From: a virus | Taxonomy: Duplodnaviria; Caudoviricetes | Length of the DNA: 64,000 nt | Virus record (IMG/VR): IMGVR_UViG_3300033073_001045 | Coordinates: 32,001 to 96,000 of that record | Direction: 5' to 3' (one strand) | Part shown: positions 31,983 to 40,046 of the stretch, piece by piece | How positions within the stretch are numbered: the stretch's first letter is position 1 | Layout: each line of letters opens with the position of its first letter | Notes under the pieces: model-generated | Told to the model about the DNA's origin: nothing | Databases searched by the model: none | Seen by the model: only the letters and a program-made list of their open reading frames with translations | Made by a program: the position numbers and the translations under genes

Positions 31983-32632
31983 TCTGAACCGTCCGAATAG
32001 TATGGATTCTTTCTGTTATGGTACCAATTTGGAAGTGCGTATCTTACACCACTCGTTACCGCATCAACTTCATGAACATAAACATAATTTGATGGGAAGA
32101 ACAATATGGTTCCAGCCTCTGGCTTTAAATCAAGTCCTGCATGTGGAAATCTAAGATTACCGCCTTCATAATCGTCATTTAAATATAGTAATGCTGATAG
32201 AACTCTGCTACTTATACCGTGATCAGAGTGTGCTGGCAAAAATCCGCTTTGCTTGTATTTAAGGACATGCATTGTTTTTTCTCTAGACTTAATATTTTTT
32301 TCCGCATATGGATACAAAGAAAAATAATGTTTTAGTCCAATTTCTAATGCACCAAATAGCTCAGAAGATATGAAGTGCTGTTCTTTGTAAAATCTATCAG
32401 AAGCTGGAATATCTTCTGGCTTTGGCAAAAATTTTTGCCAACAAAAAACAGTTTTTTCTGGGCCACCATGATCGTAATCCCATGCCTTCCATTCTTGAAC
32501 AAATGCAGACGAATAATCTTGCGACTCTTGTCTTTTTATTTCAAGCTCTTCTATCTTGTCAATAATAAGCTGTGGATCATTTATAATACCATTGTATTGA
32601 ACTACTCCTAAAGCGAGTTGCTTAAACTCCAT
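31979..32632 (-). CDS. 2OG-Fe(II) oxygenase, prolyl-4-hydroxylase-like
   Basis: HSD...LYLNDDYEGG...FFPS...HEV..V.SG.R. Confidence 0.9.
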   Translation of the reverse strand: MEFKQLALGVVQYNGIINDPQLIIDKIEELEIKRQESQDYSSAFVQEWKAWDYDHGGPEKTVFCWQKFLPKPEDIPASDRFYKEQHFISSELFGALEIGLKHYFSLYPYAEKNIKSREKTMHVLKYKQSGFLPAHSDHGISSRVLSALLYLNDDYEGGNLRFPHAGLDLKPEAGTILFFPSNYVYVHEVDAVTSGVRYALPNWYHNRKNPYYSDGSE

Positions 32633-33175
32633 TTAGCACTCCTTAAAATCTGGATCGATAAATTCTTCTTGCGTTGATTGCATGAAGAGGGCTGTGTATC
32701 TATTTCCACTTTCAATTTTTGAAACACCATGTAAATATTCATAGTCATTTCCTGGGAAAAATATTGCTGAATATTTTTTAGGGCTGTGAACAAAATCTTT
32801 TTTAGGGAAATATATGTCGCCACCAGTATACTCATCATTTAAATATATGACAGAGCTATACTCAATAAAAGGTTCTTTCTCTATTGCATCTATATGTGGA
32901 TTTCCGCTCATTCCTGCAGACCATCCAGACCCAAACGACTTAGTCACAATAACATCTTTCTCGGTTTGAAAGAATTCTTTTTGTACTGCATTAGATATCT
33001 TTGCATACTTTCTTAAAATATCCATGACCCTTTTATTATAAGGGAATGCCGTTCCCCCGTTTCTATCTGCATAATAATCTGGGTACGGGTTTATTTCTGA
33101 TGGCCTAATAATTTCAGAGATAAGAATCTCTGCATCTTCTGGAGATATAAAATCTTCAATAATTTTTATCTTCAT
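32633..33175 (-). CDS. 2OG-Fe(II) oxygenase, prolyl-4-hydroxylase-like
   Basis: HID...IYLNDEYTGG...FFPG...HGV..I.SG.R; likely start ATG 33175. Confidence 0.9.
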   Translation of the reverse strand: MKIKIIEDFISPEDAEILISEIIRPSEINPYPDYYADRNGGTAFPYNKRVMDILRKYAKISNAVQKEFFQTEKDVIVTKSFGSGWSAGMSGNPHIDAIEKEPFIEYSSVIYLNDEYTGGDIYFPKKDFVHSPKKYSAIFFPGNDYEYLHGVSKIESGNRYTALFMQSTQEEFIDPDFKEC

Positions 33176-33822
33176 CCTAGTGGTACCCAACTTTGCTCAT
33201 AGTATCCTCCGCTTGAAATAAATCTAAGAGGTGTTACGTCGTAAGCAATGGTTATTCTATCCTCTTCAAATGGCCAGAGACCAATACTATGAGGATGTCC
33301 AGTTTCAGACAATATTGCTCTATTGTTTTTATTTACATTTTCAAATGGTTTATCATTATGAATCTTATAGTAGGTAGAGCTTGGCTCAGCATTGACACAA
33401 TAGTATCCATGGAAGTATGGAATGCCCTTTCCTTCTGAATGATCATGATAAGAATCACTATTCTCTAAATCAACATGATTTTTATTTCCTTCTGAGTTAA
33501 ACCATCCATGCAACATGAATTGCTCTTTTTCAAAATCAAGGCCATAATATTCGCATGCCTCAATTGTCATTTTACGCAAAGCCTTATATAGTGCATAAAT
33601 GTCTTCATTATAGAACTGAAAGATGTTGTAGAAGTTATCGATTCGCTGAGGGTTGTAACTGTTAAAGTAGTCTTTTGGTGCATTTAGCAATACATCTTTA
33701 CCTACACCTGGAACTTGTCCGTTCTTTAGCTCTTCCTTTTTGTTAAGCAAATATTCTTTAAGACCGATAAGATCATTATCTAGATATGCTTCAAAAAATT
33801 TATGAGGCTTATTATTTTCCAT
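33172..33822 (-). CDS. 2OG-Fe(II) oxygenase-like (cupin) protein
   Basis: GWFN...HDH...HGYYCV...HPH...RITIAYD. Confidence 0.7.
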   Translation of the reverse strand: MENNKPHKFFEAYLDNDLIGLKEYLLNKKEELKNGQVPGVGKDVLLNAPKDYFNSYNPQRIDNFYNIFQFYNEDIYALYKALRKMTIEACEYYGLDFEKEQFMLHGWFNSEGNKNHVDLENSDSYHDHSEGKGIPYFHGYYCVNAEPSSTYYKIHNDKPFENVNKNNRAILSETGHPHSIGLWPFEEDRITIAYDVTPLRFISSGGYYEQSWVPLG

Positions 33823-34652
33823 TAGTTTATTATCCTTGTTCTATTTAAATATCTTTCTCCGCCAATTTTGTCGGTTTCAGATTTATCTATTACATATGCT
33901 ATATCATCATTATTAAATGGAAGCTGTTTAATATCTATACCAAACAGCCCACGAACATTTTTATCATTCTCTTTAACAAAATCATTATATTTATGAGTTA
34001 AAGAAAATGGAACATATCCATGACGCTCAAGAGGGATTGTGTTATTTGTAAAAAGTTCTGTTGGTGCACAGAGGAGGTTGTAATGCTTATGATTTATATC
34101 TATAGACATCTGTTCCTCTTCTCCATAATACTTTAAATGAGTTGGATACCCCAGCCACTTTATATCAGAGCTTAAACAAAATATAAAATCCCTGTCAATC
34201 ATTTTAACTGGACTATAATCTTCTGATTTAGACTTTATAGCCTCAACCATAAATAAATTTTTGTTTTTGTATTCTAGTTTATGGTTACCAGATATTATAG
34301 TTTGATTATTGTATCTGACAGATTCCATTTTTTCTATAAGCTTTATGTCCCAGTCTTTAGACATATAGACGCCATCTCCACACTGCATAAAGTAATCACA
34401 CACTAGTATCCTTGACCCATCAAACTTATGAGCTATTGGACTTTTTATTGAATCCCACTTTGTGTGCTTATATATTATCTTTACATGGCTTGCATCTATA
34501 TTAAATAAACGAGATCTTTCTACATTATTTTGATCTATAACATAAAGGGAAAGTTTATTTTTTCCACTAGACTTATTGACAATATCAGACAGCATAGCAA
34601 TCAGATCTTTATTTTGAAAACTATACACAAATATGCCAATACTTTTATTCAT
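33822..34652 (-). CDS. GT-A glycosyltransferase resembling GT60/Gnt1 (divergent)
   Basis: IFVYSFQN, DYFMQ.....KDWD.KLI and YYGEE..MSI match the GT60 pattern; the DSH motif position reads GDG. Confidence 0.55.
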   Translation of the reverse strand: MNKSIGIFVYSFQNKDLIAMLSDIVNKSSGKNKLSLYVIDQNNVERSRLFNIDASHVKIIYKHTKWDSIKSPIAHKFDGSRILVCDYFMQCGDGVYMSKDWDIKLIEKMESVRYNNQTIISGNHKLEYKNKNLFMVEAIKSKSEDYSPVKMIDRDFIFCLSSDIKWLGYPTHLKYYGEEEQMSIDINHKHYNLLCAPTELFTNNTIPLERHGYVPFSLTHKYNDFVKENDKNVRGLFGIDIKQLPFNNDDIAYVIDKSETDKIGGERYLNRTRIIN

Positions 34653-35302
34653 TATAGAAGTGGTATCCAGTGCTGCTGCGGTGCGTTAGCCTCAATTAAG
34701 CTTTTTAGTGGCATTATGTCATATGCAATTGTTACTCTAGGACCTTCCCAGTCCCAATCTCCCATTGCATGCGGGTGGCCCATTTCAGAAACAATCATTC
34801 TATTGTTTTTATTATGGTTTTCAACCTGCTTATCAAATACTTGATAGTATGTAATGGAAGGCTCTGCATTTACAGAATAGTAACCGTGAAAATAGGGGGC
34901 ATAAGGGCCACCGTGATCATGCCAATCAAGCTTGCCAGAATGATTGTAATTAATATTAAACCAGCCCTGTACCATATACTTTTGTTCTTCAAAATTGACT
35001 TCATAATATTCACATGCTTCCTTAATCATGTCTGATAGAGATTTATATAGTTTATATATTCCATCATGATAAAACTGAAATACATTATACTCACGCCATT
35101 TTATTGTAGATACACTTGATGACGATAGCCAAGCGTCTTTTTGATTTACTGGAGTGATTCCTTTAAGGGTAAGATTTTCCATATTAGAATATTGAGTCTG
35201 TAAAAATGTTGCAAGATCACCTAAATCGTTATCTAGATACCTTTCAAAAAATTTATGATCTTTGCCGCTTGGTTTATTCAGCATCATCGGATTGTAATCC
35301 AT
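34652..35302 (-). CDS. 2OG-Fe(II) oxygenase-like protein, paralog of 33172..33822
   Basis: Shared HKFFE.YLDNDL, YN.FQFY, GWFN, HDH, FHGYY.VNAEPS and GHPH motifs; start ATG 35302 after AGGAG. Confidence 0.75.
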   Translation of the reverse strand: MDYNPMMLNKPSGKDHKFFERYLDNDLGDLATFLQTQYSNMENLTLKGITPVNQKDAWLSSSSVSTIKWREYNVFQFYHDGIYKLYKSLSDMIKEACEYYEVNFEEQKYMVQGWFNINYNHSGKLDWHDHGGPYAPYFHGYYSVNAEPSITYYQVFDKQVENHNKNNRMIVSEMGHPHAMGDWDWEGPRVTIAYDIMPLKSLIEANAPQQHWIPLL

Positions 35303-36059
35303 CAGATACTCCTTTTCTATAATTTTTCCTTTGCCATATATAATTTTTATAATATGCAAATATTGATATTCTTCTTCGCTCTTCTTTTATTTTATTTTCT
35401 TCTATACTATGTTCTGAGTAATCAATTTCTAGGTCCCAATCATCTCTTTTAATTGGTATTATTTGAAATATTGGCGTTCCTTTAGGTATCGTACCTATAA
35501 AATTTCTTTTTAAGAAAAAAGCAGTAAATACTGGAGTGTGCCATTTATCCGTATCAATTATCCCAGATAAGGTCGTGAATGGCAAGTCATGCCTATTCAT
35601 TGGATGGGTTACAAGAATTGAGTATCCAGGTGGGGTCTCACAGTACCAATTTACTTTCCATCCAAAATGAAGTGGATGATGTCCCGTTGGTACTGCTACG
35701 TCAATCATATTTCTTTTGTCTATAATCATGGCTTCACCATCCCACGTTAGAGTAGGAAAGCCACTTTCATCTAAATCAACATGAACATCGTAATCAAGCT
35801 TATACATATAGCCAGCAGTTAGTGTGTCGAAAAATGGCATACATAGCTTTGTACCAGCTGCGCTACCATCTGTTCCTCTATCATTTATTGGATGGAGCTT
35901 TGATATATTATTTGATTTTTGAAAACGAGAAAGTTTTCTATACCAATCTGGCAAGAACCTAATAGATGGCTCTGGTTCTGATAAATAATTATTATGCTCT
36001 GGATCAAAGTTGGTACCAAAGGTAGCGGGTGTAAACTTAATGATTAAATTATCACTCAT
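35274..36059 (-). CDS. conserved phage protein (DUF6065-like, possibly dUTPase-like fold)
   Basis: PEP...LPDWY, K.CMPFFD...AGY, TPPGYS, G.IDTD and IPKGTP..Q.IP.KR motifs. Confidence 0.6.
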   Translation of the reverse strand: MSDNLIIKFTPATFGTNFDPEHNNYLSEPEPSIRFLPDWYRKLSRFQKSNNISKLHPINDRGTDGSAAGTKLCMPFFDTLTAGYMYKLDYDVHVDLDESGFPTLTWDGEAMIIDKRNMIDVAVPTGHHPLHFGWKVNWYCETPPGYSILVTHPMNRHDLPFTTLSGIIDTDKWHTPVFTAFFLKRNFIGTIPKGTPIFQIIPIKRDDWDLEIDYSEHSIEENKIKEERRRISIFAYYKNYIWQRKNYRKGVSDGLQSDDAE

Positions 36060-36762
36060 TACATAGCCCATCTATTATTTCTTTTGAGGCGGTCACTTCC
36101 ATTTCGTACATATATGACCCCCTTTCTATCACTCCAACAGTTTCGGTCTGCATATGTCTTTTTGATTTAGTAAAATAAAAATCAATAAATTCTGGTTCCT
36201 TTATTCTATCATTTTCGTTAGACTTTGTAAATGACCCAGATCTTTCTATAATAAATAAAGAAGGATCCTGTATTGTAGATTTAATTTTAAATTTTACATT
36301 TTCGTCTATAACCCATGGGGTATATATTTTAAAACATCTATCTGAGATTATATTATCGTTATTAATATCATATTCATTTGGTGACGGATAAAACTGCCTC
36401 TGCCAAACTTTATCTACAGAATAGAATATTTCATTTATAGGTTGTGACTTAAATATTCCTAAGTGACCAAGTGGTGGATCTGCTATTTGAACTAAGATGT
36501 CTGCATAATTATAATACTCTAATATAGCCTCTGTGTCGGAAATTCTTTTTACCGAAGGCTTGATAGAAAAAAATGATGCATAAAGATTTACTGGTTTTAA
36601 TATACTTGATGAATATTGACTACTGTACTTTACTTGATGCCAGTCTGCCCATTTTGGAAACATATTTGAATACGCCATAATCTCTGCAAATGTCATTGTA
36701 CCCATCTTAGACCATGACTCAGACTCATATGGTGTCTTTAATATATTCTTCTTAGTTTTCAT
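36052..36762 (-). CDS. hypothetical protein in tailoring block
   Basis: 236-aa coupled ORF; FKIYTPW...GVIERGS weakly echoes its neighbours. Confidence 0.65.
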   Translation of the reverse strand: MKTKKNILKTPYESESWSKMGTMTFAEIMAYSNMFPKWADWHQVKYSSQYSSSILKPVNLYASFFSIKPSVKRISDTEAILEYYNYADILVQIADPPLGHLGIFKSQPINEIFYSVDKVWQRQFYPSPNEYDINNDNIISDRCFKIYTPWVIDENVKFKIKSTIQDPSLFIIERSGSFTKSNENDRIKEPEFIDFYFTKSKRHMQTETVGVIERGSYMYEMEVTASKEIIDGLCNE

Positions 36763-37475
36763 TTAAATGTTTTCTTAAACCACTTTTTTGTTCTATATCC
36801 ATTTTGAAAAACAGATCTTACTGAAAGTTGACTTGCTCTATTTTGAAGATCAGAATCTCTATCTTTATTTATTTCACTTTCCCAGTCGTCACGTTTAAAA
36901 GGTATTACTTGAACAATTGGTGTGCCTTGTTTTATGACACCCTTAAAGCCCTTCTCAACAAAAAATGATAGGTATCCGTCAGAAGGATATGTATCTGTAT
37001 CTATTAGTCCAGGAATAGCTTTTATAGGACTATAGTCTGCATGCATTGGTGATATAAAAAGAGAACTATACCCATCCTCTGTTTTTGCAAGCCACATTGG
37101 GTGGATTCTTAATACGTCATTATGAAAATATGGAGGTATAGGGTATTCAGATATTTGTTCTTTTAAATGATGTGCTAATAAAAATTTTTGAAATTCCATG
37201 ACGTCATTTGCAACTTCAAATTTAACCCTATCTCCAGTTGCATCTATATTCATATCCATTGGACAAAGTAAATAATAACCAGCGGCCATGGAGTCAAATA
37301 CCGCTTGACACTTTTTTACAGTAAGCAGCATGTTGCCATTATAAACATTATTATCATTATTTAAATAGCTTTCTTGTTTTTTCCACCATTCTGGAATATG
37401 CTTTTGAATTGGTATAGGCTTTGGAAATACCTCTGCTAAAAATCTATACTTGGGAATAAACTCTATTTTACTCAT
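36759..37475 (-). CDS. paralog of 35274..36059
   Basis: IPEWWK, TVKKCQAVFD..AAGY, GYSSLF..P, GLIDTD and IKQGTPIVQVIPFKR motifs. Confidence 0.65.
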   Translation of the reverse strand: MSKIEFIPKYRFLAEVFPKPIPIQKHIPEWWKKQESYLNNDNNVYNGNMLLTVKKCQAVFDSMAAGYYLLCPMDMNIDATGDRVKFEVANDVMEFQKFLLAHHLKEQISEYPIPPYFHNDVLRIHPMWLAKTEDGYSSLFISPMHADYSPIKAIPGLIDTDTYPSDGYLSFFVEKGFKGVIKQGTPIVQVIPFKRDDWESEINKDRDSDLQNRASQLSVRSVFQNGYRTKKWFKKTFK

Positions 37476-38041
37476 ATAACTGGAATCCATTTCTGATAAT
37501 ATTGTCTATGTAAATACTCTAATGGAGATACATTTATATATACTGCCTCAAAATCATTACTTATATTATTAAACATTGCTTTTTGAGATGAGTGAAGTAT
37601 CATCAACAATCCAGGCTCTAACAATACTTCTTCTCCATTTATAAATACTGTGTCTTTGTCAGAAGAAATTACATATAGCCCCCAAAATGTTGTTCTAAAG
37701 CTTGGTGACATATCTAGTTCTACCTGAAGTGGCAGTGCCTTTTTGTCGAGAATTCGGGCATATAGATAGGGAAAACTTCTGTCAAAATTTATATCAAATT
37801 CTTTAAATGTCTCTTTTATTGAAAAACAAACCTCTTTATATATAGAATATATTTCTTTGCTATACATACCAAAAAAATTAAATGTTTTATGATCTACAAG
37901 TGATACACGCTTGGCTTTTTTTGCAACATTTTTACCAAATCCATTACTAATATCCACAACGTGTTCAAACATGGAATCTACCATTTCGTTGTAATTATGC
38001 TTTAAAAAAGCATTATCAATTACACTAATTTTTCTTATCAT
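37472..38041 (-). CDS. degenerate cupin/oxygenase-like protein
   Basis: FNFF...IY..YK, FWGLY, EPG.L..L, N.SPL..L and QKWIPVI echo the 33172/34652 paralogs, but the metal-binding His residues are absent. Confidence 0.5.
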   Translation of the reverse strand: MIRKISVIDNAFLKHNYNEMVDSMFEHVVDISNGFGKNVAKKAKRVSLVDHKTFNFFGMYSKEIYSIYKEVCFSIKETFKEFDINFDRSFPYLYARILDKKALPLQVELDMSPSFRTTFWGLYVISSDKDTVFINGEEVLLEPGLLMILHSSQKAMFNNISNDFEAVYINVSPLEYLHRQYYQKWIPVI

Positions 38042-38660
38042 CTGGCTCCCAAATGCTAATTGAATGCCATGCTGCTGGCATTATAGGGTCTTTATATGGG
38101 GCATGCTCTGACTCCAAAAGAACTTGTGGCTTTACCCCACCCATTATTTTATCTAATTCTTCAGATTTTGACAAGTCTATTCTTTTCATAAATGATATAA
38201 GTTTAGTCATTTTCATTTGTAGATCAAAACCAGCTTGTGTATGGGCCCCACCCTGCCTTACCAAAACATTGTAATAAAACATAAACATTGAGTAGCCTAA
38301 TATAGCTAAAGAAGAATTTATTCTTTTTCTTCTTTTATCTGGTACAGTATAAAATCTATCACCAAATGCAATATGGCAGTCTTTCTTTTTATCATATTGT
38401 GCAAATATTATTGAAGCCCAGGAGTCTGGATACTCATTATTAATGAAGTTAGAAAATACTGCCGTTCCAGGTTTATGGTTTGGTGTAGAATAAACACACT
38501 CTATTGCTCTTGAACCATATCTATCATTAAGTATTGTCCATTGAATCCAAGAGCCAGAAAGGTAATCTGGGTACTTTCTAAAAGTTGGGAATATATGTCC
38601 CTTGTACCAGATTACCCTTCTAAACCCATACGCCAATATCTGCTTGATATTGTTTAGCAT
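38025..38660 (-). CDS. hypothetical protein (possibly GNAT-like)
   Basis: 211 aa; FYTVPDKRRKRI and HTQAG weakly resemble GNAT motifs. Confidence 0.55.
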   Translation of the reverse strand: MLNNIKQILAYGFRRVIWYKGHIFPTFRKYPDYLSGSWIQWTILNDRYGSRAIECVYSTPNHKPGTAVFSNFINNEYPDSWASIIFAQYDKKKDCHIAFGDRFYTVPDKRRKRINSSLAILGYSMFMFYYNVLVRQGGAHTQAGFDLQMKMTKLISFMKRIDLSKSEELDKIMGGVKPQVLLESEHAPYKDPIMPAAWHSISIWEPDDKKN

Positions 38661-38663
38661 TAA

Positions 38664-40022
38664 TTATGCTGGAGGATTGTTAGGATCAACAGGATTTTCC
38701 TGCTGAGATAGCTTCCATTGCTGATATAGAGTTTCAAGTGAAGCTGCTAGTGTTTGTGCAGAGTCAGTGATAACTCCATCTGCATTAAGGTCTAATGGCT
38801 GAGAGTCATGTACCAATGCATTATCTGTAAAGAATACGTCGTAAGGTTCTGTGTTAATTGTAATAACTAGTTCCTTGCCTTCTGAAACTCTAAGTTCTAC
38901 TATTGGCTGCCAATCTGCAAATGTAGGTGAATATACTTGATCTGATTCAAGTACTTCTGTAACATTAACAAACTTTGCAATTCCATCTCTTTTTATTAGA
39001 ATATAGTGAGATACTGAGTATTTATTTCCATTAATAACAATAACCTTATCAACAATATGAGCAGCAAGTGCTGTAATTGTTGTCTCATACTGTGTATTTA
39101 TTACTGGATTTTCTGATGACCACCCAGCAAAATATTCTGCTAGTGGAGTTCCGCTAGATAAATCTAGGCCATCAATATTAGCTGAATAAAGAACATCACC
39201 GACAGAAAGGTTATGTGCTAAAACTAATCCTTCTGGAACCTTTGAGCTAATAAGTGTATCTGCACCAATTGATTTAACTGGTGTGAATCCAAATGGAGTA
39301 AATCCGAATGGTGTAAATCCGAATGGCGTAAAACCAAACGGTGTAAATCCGAATGGCGTAAAGCCAAACGGTGTGAATCCAAACGGTGTAAATCCAAATG
39401 GAGCAAAACCAAATGGAACAAAGCTGAATGCTGTTGTTACGTTTACAGACGAAGCTGAAGTACCAGAATTACCATTAGCATTTGTTGCATAAACATTATA
39501 TGTTTGTTGTGTGCCCATTTCCTGTCCAACGCTTATAGATGTAGCTGATGTATCTCCAGCTTTACCATCTGAAGCAGTCCAGTGATAATTTGTAATTGCT
39601 TTTCCACCGCTTGCTGGGGCTGACCATGAAACAGAGTCTGTTCCAGCTGAGGGAGAAGATGCACTTGGTGCATTTGGTGTTGCAGGAACGGTTGTCGCTG
39701 TAACAGCACCTGATGCACTTGAAGCAACTGAGTTACCAGATGCATTTGAAGCAACTACTGTAAATGTATAACTTGTATCTGAAAGCAAACCAGTTACTGT
39801 AAGTGGTGATGAAGATCCAGTTGCTGTGAATCCGCCTGGTGACGATGTTACTGTATAAGATGTAGCAGCTGGTGAGTTAGCTGGCAAGCTAAATGATACA
39901 GTTACTGCACCATTATTATATGGTCTTCCAGTTCCAACATCTGATACAGATGTAATTGATGGTTGTTTTGGCTCAAGAAAATCATTTGCTCCTTGGCTCA
40001 TTCTACCTGCTTGTTTTGACAT
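38664..40022 (-). CDS. FN3-domain protein with (PFGFT)n repeats and C-terminal Hint domain
   Basis: Two FN3 domains (VTGLLSDTSYTFTVVASN; VSWSAP..GG..ITNY); 9 PFGF[TA] repeats; Hint blocks. Confidence 0.85.
   Translation of the reverse strand: MSKQAGRMSQGANDFLEPKQPSITSVSDVGTGRPYNNGAVTVSFSLPANSPAATSYTVTSSPGGFTATGSSSPLTVTGLLSDTSYTFTVVASNASGNSVASSASGAVTATTVPATPNAPSASSPSAGTDSVSWSAPASGGKAITNYHWTASDGKAGDTSATSISVGQEMGTQQTYNVYATNANGNSGTSASSVNVTTAFSFVPFGFAPFGFTPFGFTPFGFTPFGFTPFGFTPFGFTPFGFTPFGFTPVKSIGADTLISSKVPEGLVLAHNLSVGDVLYSANIDGLDLSSGTPLAEYFAGWSSENPVINTQYETTITALAAHIVDKVIVINGNKYSVSHYILIKRDGIAKFVNVTEVLESDQVYSPTFADWQPIVELRVSEGKELVITINTEPYDVFFTDNALVHDSQPLDLNADGVITDSAQTLAASLETLYQQWKLSQQENPVDPNNPPA
38805..39272 (-). 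other. Hint (intein-like) domain, 156 aa
   Basis: Block A SIGADTLI...G.V.A.NL.VGD.L.S; block B SVSH; blocks F/G VITINTEPYDVFFTDNALVHD followed by Ser. Confidence 0.8.
39282..39416 (-). repeat. 15-bp tandem coding repeat, 9 units (8 PFGFT + 1 PFGFA)
   Basis: Units such as tgtgaatccaaatgg and cgtaaaaccaaacgg vary almost only at synonymous sites. Confidence 0.95.
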
Positions 40023-40046
40023 ATTGTAGTCTCCCTTTAATTTCTA

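Noticed and set aside
38805-39272. Hint domain as a mobile homing intein
   Set aside because: It has no endonuclease, is not inserted in a conserved enzyme, and travels with the repeat and tail as a fixed module.
39283-39492. Plus-strand ORFs with NPNGV/KPNGV repeats (also 44628..44924)
   Set aside because: They are antisense shadows of the PFGFT codons and lack an RBS or promoter.
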